A stretch of 64,000 bases of DNA from an uncultured virus (IMG/VR IMGVR_UViG_3300033149_003138) (Duplodnaviria > Heunggongvirae > Uroviricota > Caudoviricetes): IMG/VR virus record IMGVR_UViG_3300033149_003138; one strand, given 5' to 3'. Position numbers and translations under genes: made by a program. Position 1 is the stretch's first letter; every line of letters begins with the position of its first letter. Shown in pieces: positions 47,883 to 56,956 of the stretch. The notes beneath the pieces are model-generated. The model was not told where the DNA came from, did not search any database, and was given only the letters and a program-made list of their open reading frames with translations.

Positions 47883-49903
47883 GTCAGATGAATCCGCTTG
47901 AGAAGAATAAGCTGATCCTTGGCGATTGCATAGAAGTCATGCAAACATGGGAACCAAACACAGTTGACTGCATCGTAACTGATCCACCCTATTTCCTGTT
48001 AAATGATAGTGGGAAAGGATTTATGGGCAAGGAATGGGACAGCGTATCTGATCAGAATTGGCAGAGCCTTAAATATCACACAGGATTTGCCCTGTTTGTG
48101 GTGAAGGCTTTGTCGTTGCTACAAGTCGGCTTAAACACGGAAGAGGAAAATACTGTTCAAGAAAATGCCAATATGAAGCAAGAAGAAAACAAAGTAAACC
48201 AAACACAAACTGCATCGTATGTGGAAAACCAATCCATCGTACTAAGCCCACAAAATATGGATCAGTCTGTTCAAGGGCTTGTCTTTACGAGGGAAAGCGT
48301 AGAGGGATTATTGGGCGTGATGTTCAAAAACCGTATAATCGAAAAGCAACCTCTAAGCCTACCAGAAAATGTCTTGTTTGTGATACCGACTACATACCTA
48401 GAAAAAAGACTCAAAAATATTGTTCCAGATCATGTTTTGAAAAAGCACATCGAAGAAATATGCGAGGGAAAAACAATCCATCTTACATCGATGGAAGAAG
48501 CAAAAATAAACGCTGTTACAGAGGCGATGATTGGGAAGAACAGCGAAAGAAATGCTACAAACGAGATCACTATACCTGTCAGGTCTGTGGAAAACATTGT
48601 GGAAGAAAAGAGATACAGGCTCATCACATCATACCCTACAAAGAGAAAGGAACTAACGACTTATCTAACCTCATTACTCTATGCAATGTATGTCACGCCC
48701 AAGTCGAGGCAGGAACTATACAAATCCCTCTGCTTTGACAGCCTATTTCCAGCCTTCATCGAGATGTATCGTGTGTTGAAGCATGGTGCTTTGGCTTTCG
48801 TTATGAGCAGTCCACGTCAGGACTTAATGTGGAGGATGTGCAAGCTATTAGAGGACACAGGATTCGTTCTCACGCAGAGCTACTTAAACTGGATATACAA
48901 AACAGGTATGCCAAAAGGCATGAATGTCAGTAAAGGTATAGATAAAAAATTAGGTTTGCTTTCTGAACGAGAGATCATTAGTTACTACACCATTCCTCCA
49001 GATTCGGATGCAGGGAACGCAGGTATGAACTATTCAGATATGCCTATCAATGGAAATGTTTACCAAGACCCTCATAGAGATACTAGACGTGCTGAACTGA
49101 CAAAACCTGCCTCTAAGGAGGCTGAACAATGGGATGGTTGGTATAGCATTGCTGGTTTGAAACCTGCTCATGAACCCATTTTGATGGTGTATAAGCCTCT
49201 ATCAGAACCTACGATTGTTGATAATGTTTTGAAGCATGGTGTTGGGGCTATTAACGTTGATGCCTGTAGAATACCCATAGTAGAGAGGGACACTACAAGC
49301 CGACCAAACATATTCGGTAAAAAATATGAGGAGGGAGATCATGTTTACGGTCAAGGTTTAGGCTATGGTGTTCCCATGCTCTCAGAAAAAGGTCGTTTTC
49401 CTGCCACTGTTCTTGTCTCTGATAGGGCAATAGACACTGGAAAACAAAGTAAAAGTGGTGCAAAACTTCCCCACCATAAGATGATTAAAAAAGCAAACGT
49501 CTACGGTAAATATAATGCAATTACAGGTTACAATTATCCTGAAGATGTTGGTGATCAGAGCAGGTATTTTGACCTTGATGCATGGGCAAAGCATCATGGG
49601 ATTCTCGATGTGCCTAAGCCTTCTCCATCTGAACGGGATCAGGGTCTTGACGGGAGGAATAAGCATCCGACGGTGAAGCCTGTTCATCTTATGGCTTATC
49701 TTGTTGCTTTGGGGTGTCCTGTGGGTGGTGTGGTGCTTGATCCTTTCATGGGAAGTGGCACTACCTGTATGGCTTGCAGGACGCTGGGGAGAAACTACGT
49801 TGGTATCGAGATTGAAGAAGATACGTATAATGATGCTGTGAAACGTGTTTCCTCTGTGGTTCCTTCTCTGTTTTTCTATGATGAGACGATGAAAGATGAG
49901 TGA
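47879..49903 (+). CDS. DNA N4-cytosine/N6-adenine methyltransferase (beta-type motif order) with a 233-codon insertion
   Basis: ILGDCIEVM, VDCIVTDPPY, RVLKHG, LKPAHEPI, HPTVKPVHLM, VVLDPFMGSGTT. Confidence 0.9.
   Translation: MSQMNPLEKNKLILGDCIEVMQTWEPNTVDCIVTDPPYFLLNDSGKGFMGKEWDSVSDQNWQSLKYHTGFALFVVKALSLLQVGLNTEEENTVQENANMKQEENKVNQTQTASYVENQSIVLSPQNMDQSVQGLVFTRESVEGLLGVMFKNRIIEKQPLSLPENVLFVIPTTYLEKRLKNIVPDHVLKKHIEEICEGKTIHLTSMEEAKINAVTEAMIGKNSERNATNEITIPVRSVENIVEEKRYRLITSYPTKRKELTTYLTSLLYAMYVTPKSRQELYKSLCFDSLFPAFIEMYRVLKHGALAFVMSSPRQDLMWRMCKLLEDTGFVLTQSYLNWIYKTGMPKGMNVSKGIDKKLGLLSEREIISYYTIPPDSDAGNAGMNYSDMPINGNVYQDPHRDTRRAELTKPASKEAEQWDGWYSIAGLKPAHEPILMVYKPLSEPTIVDNVLKHGVGAINVDACRIPIVERDTTSRPNIFGKKYEEGDHVYGQGLGYGVPMLSEKGRFPATVLVSDRAIDTGKQSKSGAKLPHHKMIKKANVYGKYNAITGYNYPEDVGDQSRYFDLDAWAKHHGILDVPKPSPSERDQGLDGRNKHPTVKPVHLMAYLVALGCPVGGVVLDPFMGSGTTCMACRTLGRNYVGIEIEEDTYNDAVKRVSSVVPSLFFYDETMKDE
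48073..48738 (+). CDS. Zn-finger-repeat HNH endonuclease nested out of frame inside the methyltransferase gene
   Basis: Frame is open 48073-48738 with three CxxC...CSRxC repeats and RDHYTCQVCG...AHHIIP...NLITLCNVCH. The first ATG is only at 48460. Confidence 0.75.
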   Translation: MSHRICPVCGEGFVVATSRLKHGRGKYCSRKCQYEARRKQSKPNTNCIVCGKPIHRTKPTKYGSVCSRACLYEGKRRGIIGRDVQKPYNRKATSKPTRKCLVCDTDYIPRKKTQKYCSRSCFEKAHRRNMRGKNNPSYIDGRSKNKRCYRGDDWEEQRKKCYKRDHYTCQVCGKHCGRKEIQAHHIIPYKEKGTNDLSNLITLCNVCHAQVEAGTIQIPLL

Positions 49904-50465
49904 TGTTGAGATCACGAAGAAGCTGACGAAGATCGGTATGCTCTACTTGAAGTCTAACGGGTGTTTCATCGTTGCTCCAGAGGCTAAGGTTCGCAGGACT
50001 ATGGGTTCTCTTGTACCTGATGATCTTGACAACCACAAGATCATTGACTTGCTGGGGGTGGGCAAGAAGTACATCCCATATGATAAGCAGGTAGAGGATG
50101 AACGTGGTTATAGAAAGACCTTCTTTGAGATATTGAGAGGCGTTGAGATTAAGGTTTCTCGTTCTGACTTCAAGAGGGGCTTCATCCAGAGTGGATGTAA
50201 CTATCACTACTTGATGTTTCCCAAAGGTCTCATTGAGAGAGATGAGGTTCCAACGGGGGTTGGGGTGGTGTCCGTTGACATTGACTCTTTCATGTGGTCA
50301 AAATGGGGAACTAGGTTGTATCTCCACGGCGTCGAGACTTTACGGAGACCACGGTTTCAAAAGATCAGTGATAGAGACTTTAACCATTCTGTTCGTCACA
50401 TAGGTAAGCTGTGTTCTGATCAGATGATCAGGTGGGCACGAGATGACCTTAGAGAAAAGCGGTGA
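49896..50465 (+). CDS. MmcB-like PD-(D/E)XK nuclease
   Basis: IIDLLGV...GVEIKVSRSDFKRG...CNYHYLMFP. Confidence 0.7.
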   Translation: MSDVEITKKLTKIGMLYLKSNGCFIVAPEAKVRRTMGSLVPDDLDNHKIIDLLGVGKKYIPYDKQVEDERGYRKTFFEILRGVEIKVSRSDFKRGFIQSGCNYHYLMFPKGLIERDEVPTGVGVVSVDIDSFMWSKWGTRLYLHGVETLRRPRFQKISDRDFNHSVRHIGKLCSDQMIRWARDDLREKR

Positions 50466-50646
50466 TATTGCCGTCTATAGTCTTGATGAGGTCTTCTACG
50501 ACGCTAGGGCTAGGGATGGGACTTGGTGTACGATGCCTTACGACAAGACAGGTGAGAGGGCTGACGGCACACCCATCTTCTCACACCCCGATGGATGCCC
50601 CAATTTCCCTAAATATGTGAAGACTGTAAAGAAAAACGTCTGTTAG
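50443..50646 (+). pseudogene. Probable truncated metal-binding (DUF2284-like) gene fragment
   Basis: WCTMPY...HPDGCPNF, then an abrupt end where the sequence turns AT-rich. Confidence 0.3.
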
Positions 50647-50755
50647 CTTAGCTTCCTTCTATATCATTAACAACATAAAAAACACGTTGCATACTTCTGA
50701 TACTGCAATTTCAAATCGCATCGTTTATATCTATTAACAAGGACGTTAAATCTGT

Positions 50756-51067
50756 ATGAATCCCTGTGAAGAAACTATTCTTGTAAACCTTTTCGGTTTA
50801 TGTCCTGAGACCAAAATAATCAGCTTTTTCATGGATTTCCCTCTCAATGACTTCATGCAGAAGGAAGTATGTGAGACAACTGGGCTTAACCCTAGAACCG
50901 TCAGTAAAAGATTATCGAAGTTCAATGAGATTGGCATACTTAGAGTGACTAGAAAAGTCGGCAAAGCCACTTTTTATCAACTCGATGGAAAACATGCAAT
51001 CGTGAAAAAAATTAAAGAGTTAGTTGAAACAACGTCTTTTCAAAATATTTTATCTTTAACGAGTTGA
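50756..51067 (+). CDS. Archaeal-type winged-helix transcription regulator
   Basis: QKEVCETTGLNPRTVSKRLSKFNEIGILRVTRKVGKATFYQL. Confidence 0.75.
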   Translation: MNPCEETILVNLFGLCPETKIISFFMDFPLNDFMQKEVCETTGLNPRTVSKRLSKFNEIGILRVTRKVGKATFYQLDGKHAIVKKIKELVETTSFQNILSLTS

Positions 51068-51192
51068 CCTTCAGCATGTCTGCACCTAGTACAATATCCG
51101 AAACGTTCTACCCTCTGGTTATGAAACTCTCTTTCATGGATCACTGTTTCTGGTGTAAGTGATAGGTTCTTGGCTACTTCTCTATATGTGTT

Positions 51193-51696
51193 GTGTGGCA
51201 AAGGGCAATTGCTATAAAATACCAATCTGAATATTTTATCGAAATGACCCCACGTTCAAATTACCTCCTGCTCGATGAAATTATCACACTTGTAACTTGG
51301 CTTCCCTTTGTACTGGGCTATGGGGTATTCCTTCTATTCTGGATGGGTTTCTGGGAGACCTTTAGAACTTCATTTTTTTGTGGTTTGGCTGTGTTCATCT
51401 TCTTTGGAGTGCTTTCTTTTGGTTCTATCAAGGCTGGAATTATTCACAAGGAGTTTGGCTGGGGTAGAGAAGAGTTTAGATGGATCAAACAGAATCTTGT
51501 GTTTCTCTGTAACTCATGCAATAACCCCATGACTTTTACACAGAAACTTTCATTCAAAGAAGACAGAGACATGTACTTGGTTATCGATGGTAAATGCCCC
51601 TTCTGTGGTTACACTATCCAAAAGAACATCCCAACCCCAGACACTCTGAAATCCTGTGTAGGTGAAATCAAACCGAGAACCAAAAAAGGTGAATAG
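51193..51696 (+). CDS. Membrane protein with Zn ribbon (true start probably 51244)
   Basis: Two TM helices; CNSC...CPFC. Confidence 0.55.
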   Translation: MWQRAIAIKYQSEYFIEMTPRSNYLLLDEIITLVTWLPFVLGYGVFLLFWMGFWETFRTSFFCGLAVFIFFGVLSFGSIKAGIIHKEFGWGREEFRWIKQNLVFLCNSCNNPMTFTQKLSFKEDRDMYLVIDGKCPFCGYTIQKNIPTPDTLKSCVGEIKPRTKKGE

Positions 51697-51934
51697 GTTT
51701 TGTCTGTGAAGGAAAAAGAGGAGATGCAGGAAGCCATAGCTGAGATAGAAAACACACTATCTAAAGTTATGGAAATCTTCTTTACTAAACTCTTACCTTA
51801 CTTGAGAATAGCTGATCATCGTGAATTGATTAAACCCCTTGGCGAACTTTGTTTTCACCATGAGACCTTTTTGAAGTCTTGGAGACGATTCTTAGAGAAA
51901 ATACCCATGACCGAATCTGTTAATTGATAAAAAA

Positions 51935-52270
51935 TTAGTTGGGTGTCTGTCCGTAGTGGTTTTCATACCATGTTAAGGCTCTTTTGTTGGCTATCTTCCG
52001 TCTGCCCCATCTGCACTTCTTCACTAGCTTCCATTCACCAGTGGTCTTGAGGTATCTGTACTTTAGCGTGTAGAATCCTTTCTTCCCTGTCTCTGGGTCT
52101 AGGGTCTTCCAAGGTGTGTATGCGAAATAATAGAGGGTTCCTTCCCATCCTTCTGGTGGTTCATAGTAGAGGAAGTCGTTCTTGTTTCTCTTTGATCCAG
52201 TTATTCCGTACTGTCTAGCTATGTCATTGATGATCGCTAGTGCCTTGTCCATCCCTTTCATCTCAGACAA
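51935..52270 (-). CDS. Hypothetical protein
   Basis: 111-aa minus-strand ORF filling a gap with no plausible + strand gene. Confidence 0.65.
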   Translation of the reverse strand: MSEMKGMDKALAIINDIARQYGITGSKRNKNDFLYYEPPEGWEGTLYYFAYTPWKTLDPETGKKGFYTLKYRYLKTTGEWKLVKKCRWGRRKIANKRALTWYENHYGQTPN

Positions 52271-52272
52271 GC

Positions 52273-52419
52273 CTATTCCCCCAATGAAAAAATATGGGAG
52301 AGTAGTTCATAGTCCCTCTCTCTCCCACATTTGGGGCATACATAGACTTCTCTGCCCTTCTGCTTTTCCATCCTGACCTTGCAGGATGGGCACATTGGTT
52401 CTCTTTTTTTCTTAGGCAT
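52273..52419 (-). CDS. Small Zn-ribbon protein (not in ORF track)
   Basis: MPKKKREPMCPSCKVRMEKQKGREVYVCPKCGRERDYELLSHIFSLGE; stop 2 nt before the next minus-strand start. Confidence 0.55.
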   Translation of the reverse strand: MPKKKREPMCPSCKVRMEKQKGREVYVCPKCGRERDYELLSHIFSLGE

Positions 52420-52503
52420 TTTTCATACCTACAATACTATACACACTATGAACTTTAGGATTTTATGGAACATTATAATATAAAGCATTACAATCACACA
52501 TGA

Positions 52504-52529
52504 TTTATTCAAACAATTGTTTCAATAAA
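52504..52529. promoter_or_regulatory. 26-bp near-perfect palindrome in a divergent AT-rich intergenic region
   Basis: TTTATTCAAACAATTGTTTCAATAAA (one mismatch). Confidence 0.5.
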
Positions 52530-52854
52530 ACACTTAATGAATGCTATATTTGTTTGTTATCTTTGATATGTTTTCAGGCAACACCGTCACCAGTTTCACC
52601 GCACTCTCCTCTTTTTATTCCTGAGATAGAGTTATTAGATACACAGATGTTTGGCTCAATATGCGTAACCAAATAGCAATTAGAAGGGCAGACAACGGCT
52701 ATGTTATGACTATGTTTTCAACTGAACCCCACATAAGCAATAAAATTGATCAGGAGAAGCTGAGATATACGATTCATTCTGATGTTGAAAGCGTAGTATG
52801 CGCTGTAGAGAAAGTATTAAACATCGTTGAATCAATGCTAAAGACAGATTAGCC

Positions 52855-53286
52855 TTGGAAACTGAGTTTAACATAAGAAACACACATGATGGAAGAATCT
52901 TCATAACTAAATATGATCCTAAACATGGAAAACTCAACATCTGTGGTGAAATTACAAAAGACTTTCAGGGAGAACAGGTTTATGTTACCAAACACCGTGA
53001 TTTACTCAGGAAATACCAGAGTCTAGGTGTTGATCAAGATATTCTTGAATACCTTTCTGATGAAGGGATAGACGCTATATACTTTGTACATGGTAAAAGA
53101 CCGCCTTACAACATATACCTGTCATCAGTAGATAACCATCTACACGCTGGTCTTGCCGTCGTAGCATCAAACTCTGAAAGTCTTCCCATGCACATACCTG
53201 TAAGACAGATGACTAACATCCAGTACAACCCCATGCAGAGGAAACTTACCGACTACCGTGTACCCCCCGCATCTCATCTCCTGTAG
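52855..53286 (+). CDS. Hypothetical protein
   Basis: 143-aa ORF. Confidence 0.6.
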   Translation: METEFNIRNTHDGRIFITKYDPKHGKLNICGEITKDFQGEQVYVTKHRDLLRKYQSLGVDQDILEYLSDEGIDAIYFVHGKRPPYNIYLSSVDNHLHAGLAVVASNSESLPMHIPVRQMTNIQYNPMQRKLTDYRVPPASHLL

Positions 53287-53323
53287 GACAATCGCTATAA
53301 GTGTTATCTAATAGCATTTAATC

Positions 53324-53659
53324 ATGGGAGAGAAAAGAGTCGTAATCAAACTAGAAGACGAAAGCTACGGTTTTCCTCTCAGGGTCAGAGATGAGAATGA
53401 CCCGTTCAGCACTGGAAGCAGAGGCTTCAGTTGTAACGGGCAAAGATTCTATCACGAGGGCAAGGGCTACATAGAGCAGGAGGCAACTAAAAAGGACTCA
53501 TGGAGAGACCATACCTACGGACAACTCTTCGGACACCTGAAACATGAAATTGAGGAGATAGGCAGAAGCAAAGCTCGAACCATTCGAATTCACAACTGTA
53601 TAGACGCCCTTATCCTCTCCTGTTTCTTAGTAGATAAGATACTGGAGGCTGATGGCTGA
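53324..53659 (+). CDS. Possible MazG-like all-alpha nucleotide pyrophosphohydrolase
   Basis: LFGHLKHEIEEI...NCID; preceded by ACAATCGCTATAA and a 13-bp operator variant at 53303. Confidence 0.35.
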   Translation: MGEKRVVIKLEDESYGFPLRVRDENDPFSTGSRGFSCNGQRFYHEGKGYIEQEATKKDSWRDHTYGQLFGHLKHEIEEIGRSKARTIRIHNCIDALILSCFLVDKILEADG

Positions 53660-54476
53660 TGAGTCCCTTATTGCTTAAAGGGAAACTCTGCACCTCTGTC
53701 AAGAAACTTGAAGAGACCATTAACCCCAAGGAGGTGAAAGAATGATTACACCCTGCTGGGTCTCCGAACTCCTAAATGCCTTTGAACGGTGGTCTCTATT
53801 GTTTGCAGTAGCTGGGCTCATCTTAGAGCTAATTGGTTTCGCAACAATCGGGACTAGATGTGTCTGGCTAAACCCCGTATTCGTAGTTACAGGATACATG
53901 GGTCTCTTCATTGGCTCTGCCTTTTACCTGATCTCAACATTGATGCTATCCATTTTCCCCAACGAAGAATGCAAGCATCCATTGAGTCAGATAAAAGAGG
54001 GATAGAAAACGAGTAAAACACAAAAGGAGATTCTGAAAGAGCTTCTTGATGAAGTTCAACTAAAAACATTTGATTTAGCTGGATGGTATCAAGCAAAAAG
54101 AAAAAAGGCAACTCCACCTCTCACTGAGTTAGAACTGATCACCCTGCGCCAAGCAGAACAGTTCCTTGACCATATTGAGACCTTCGCAGATAGGCTAATT
54201 GAATTCGAAACATCAGATACTAAGAGGACACCGCCATGAGTATAACACAGGAAGAGGTCGAATTAGTTTGTCTAGAATAGTGAAAATAAAGGGCAAAAAA
54301 TACAGACTACATAGTCAACGTCAACCTCATCGAAATAGGCTCAAAACCAGAGGGCTAAACCCATTCCATTTTTTTGAGACAATATTTGTATAACATATTC
54401 AACATGTTTACTTGTAATCATCCGTGAAACCATACGGCAATACCTATAAGTGGTATCTAATACCCTTTATCCAGCT

Positions 54477-54587
54477 ATGACTCTACTGGGGAAGACTCTT
54501 CTAGGCGTGCTTATGGTATGTTCCATCCTCATAGGGGTTCTGCTATGGTACATTAATAAACGGATGAATGAAATGGAAACTGAGTGA
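54477..54587 (+). CDS. Small single-TM protein (not in ORF track)
   Basis: MTLLGKTLLGVLMVCSILIGVLLWYINKRMNEMETE, after CTATAA + GGTATCTAATACC (54452). Confidence 0.45.
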   Translation: MTLLGKTLLGVLMVCSILIGVLLWYINKRMNEMETE

Positions 54588-54593
54588 TACAAT

Positions 54594-56351
54594 GTGAATC
54601 ATGGCATATTGCTGGGTTTTGAGGTTGGAACTGCAAAAAAGGTCTACATGCCTGAAGGTCACGCCACTGTCACAGGGATGACTCAATTATCGGGGAAAAC
54701 CACGACGCTTGAGGCTCTGGTTGAACGTGGAAACATCACGGCAATAGCGTTCCTTACTAAACGAGGGGAATCAGGGTTCAAGGGGCAACGGTTTATCCAG
54801 CCCTACTATCAAGAGCAGACTGGTAACACTGGAATAATTGACTGGGTGTACGTTGAGAGCATCCTTGAAGCCACTATGGGTGAAAAGATGAGACTTGAAC
54901 GTAGCTTCATAATCAACGCCTGTAATGGCAGAGGTAACATGAAACCAGCCAAAAGCCTTCAAGATGTCTACGAAAACTTCAAGATCGGCAGAAAAGAGGC
55001 TAAACGTGGCTTCGATGAGTCCATCTTCACCAACCTGTCAGCTTACTTTGAGATAGTCCTACCTGAGATTAAGAAACACAGCTTCGCAGACAAACTCGAC
55101 CTCACAAAAGGCTTCAACGTGATGAACCTCATAGATATGCCTGAGCAGATGCAACAGCTTGTAATCAGGGCAACTATGGAGTACGTGTACTCAAAATGCT
55201 CAAAGACCGTGGTGATCATTCCAGAAGCACACAAGTTCATACCTCCCTCTAAAACACCAGTCAAACCCATTGCCCTGAAACTGATTAGAGAAGGTGCAAG
55301 CCTTGGCAACTACGTCTGGATAGACACGCAGGAGACTACATCTGTAGACAAGCAACTGTTGAAGCAGGTCTCAATCTGGATCATGGGCTACCAGCAGGAG
55401 AAGAACGAAGTCAAGAACATCCGTGAGCATCTGGGCAGGAAGGTCAAGATAGATGAGATAACCAACTTGAAGCTGGGGCACTTCTTGGCTTTGCTGAGGA
55501 AGAAGATATACCACGTCTATGTTCTTCCTGCTGGTGTCTCTGAACAGGTGGGGAAGAACGTGGCACTTGGCAAGGTTGAGCCACAGGTGATCAAAGAGTG
55601 GTTGCAGAAAGCAAGGTCAGGAGAAGATGAGGAAATGTACAAGCAAAGGTGCAAGGAACTTGAGGAAGAGATTAGAGTCCTCAATAAGAAACTGGAAGAA
55701 GCTGAAAAGGCAGAGGACTCCAGCGTTCTTCAAGAACAGGTAAATGAACTTGAGACTAGGCTGAAAGAGGCTGAGGGCAATGCCAAGCACTTCGAGGCTG
55801 AGTTTGAGGCTGAGAAGAACAGGGCTGACGGTCTCACCCTCCAGTACGAACAGATGGAAAAACGGCTAAACAAGATGAATGCCTTCGTAACATCGTTCCA
55901 AGACTTCATCATGGATACGGTTACTCCGTATCTGCCTGATGAGGATTTCCAGCCTCCTATAGCCTCTCCTTTGCCTGTGAACGAGGTTGAGAGACCTGAA
56001 TCCGTTGACTTGACTGTTGACCAGCCGATCCTTAACGTAAACGTGGTCAGGAAGGTCGAAAAGCTAGAGATAGATGTAACTAGAACACAAGGTCAGATAT
56101 ACTATCTCTACGCTACGGGTGAACTTGATGGACTTGAGAAGATCAACACAAGCATCATGATAGGCTTGCTTGAGGATCATGGGTGGAACCGTTCACCTCA
56201 GATCAAGAATTACCTTGATGACATGGAGAAGTATGGCTTCCTTGAAGCCATAGGCAAAGAGGCTAGGATGATCAACTACAGGGTCAGGATTCCCTCTGAT
56301 GAGGCTAAGAAACGTGGTCTCATCAGATATACGGAGAAAGTAGTAAATTGA
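54594..56351 (+). CDS. HerA/FtsK-superfamily P-loop ATPase with coiled coil and C-terminal wHTH-like domain
   Basis: HATVTGMTQLSGKTTT (Walker A), VVIIPEAHKF (variant Walker B), REG..LG...DTQ. Confidence 0.7.
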   Translation: MNHGILLGFEVGTAKKVYMPEGHATVTGMTQLSGKTTTLEALVERGNITAIAFLTKRGESGFKGQRFIQPYYQEQTGNTGIIDWVYVESILEATMGEKMRLERSFIINACNGRGNMKPAKSLQDVYENFKIGRKEAKRGFDESIFTNLSAYFEIVLPEIKKHSFADKLDLTKGFNVMNLIDMPEQMQQLVIRATMEYVYSKCSKTVVIIPEAHKFIPPSKTPVKPIALKLIREGASLGNYVWIDTQETTSVDKQLLKQVSIWIMGYQQEKNEVKNIREHLGRKVKIDEITNLKLGHFLALLRKKIYHVYVLPAGVSEQVGKNVALGKVEPQVIKEWLQKARSGEDEEMYKQRCKELEEEIRVLNKKLEEAEKAEDSSVLQEQVNELETRLKEAEGNAKHFEAEFEAEKNRADGLTLQYEQMEKRLNKMNAFVTSFQDFIMDTVTPYLPDEDFQPPIASPLPVNEVERPESVDLTVDQPILNVNVVRKVEKLEIDVTRTQGQIYYLYATGELDGLEKINTSIMIGLLEDHGWNRSPQIKNYLDDMEKYGFLEAIGKEARMINYRVRIPSDEAKKRGLIRYTEKVVN

Positions 56352-56443
56352 GATCATTTAATCAACTTTTACTCTTGATAAATAGATTTGAAGAACACTA
56401 TCCATATTTGAAGGTGGTTGATCTTTGAAGGGCTGGTCATACT

Positions 56444-56470
56444 GGTATTAGATACCACAACAGCTATAAA
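56444..56470 (+). promoter_or_regulatory. Inverted 13-bp operator + ACAACAGCTATAAA promoter
   Basis: Identical to 24291-24317; implies an ATG start at 56496. Confidence 0.7.
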
Positions 56471-56614
56471 CTCATACCATGACTTTATTTTCAGTATGGC
56501 TCGAAATATAGAGGACATAAAACAAATCATCATTGACATGTTTCATACCTTCAATAGAGGGGCATTGACTGACGAAGAGATGATGTTTCTCTATATGGTG
56601 AAGAGTGGGTGGAT

Positions 56615-56956
56615 ATGAGCAGAAAAACACTTGGTAAAACTTTCGGCAGAAGAGGACATGAAATCGATACCGTCAAGGATCAGGTACGAAGACTCATGAT
56701 ACAGTACCCTCTCACAAGGGACAACGATCTTCTTCTCATCTTCACATATCTGGAGAAACACATGGGTTTAAAGATGCCTCCACTTGAGCAAAGACATCTT
56801 AACTATGGTGGAATCTGTGGCACAATAATGAGAGTCAGACGTACAATACAGAACACAGACAAGGTGCTTCTCCCAAACAGTGCAGAGGTTAGACGGCAGA
56901 GGCGAATCAAGGAAGAAGACTTCAGGGAATGGGCACGTAGACAGAAGAAAGAGTGA
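56615..56956 (+). CDS. Hypothetical basic protein
   Basis: YPLTRDNDLLL...TIMRVRRTIQN. Confidence 0.6.
   Translation: MSRKTLGKTFGRRGHEIDTVKDQVRRLMIQYPLTRDNDLLLIFTYLEKHMGLKMPPLEQRHLNYGGICGTIMRVRRTIQNTDKVLLPNSAEVRRQRRIKEEDFREWARRQKKE

Noticed and set aside
48044..48742. MTase insert as an intein
   Set aside because: No C-terminal His-Asn or Hint blocks in the MTase frame, and the endonuclease is in a different frame.
9969..56495. Track start codons at 9969, 23045 and 56418
   Set aside because: They fall in or upstream of conserved promoter motifs; starts at 10026, 23066 and 56496 fit the motif spacing.
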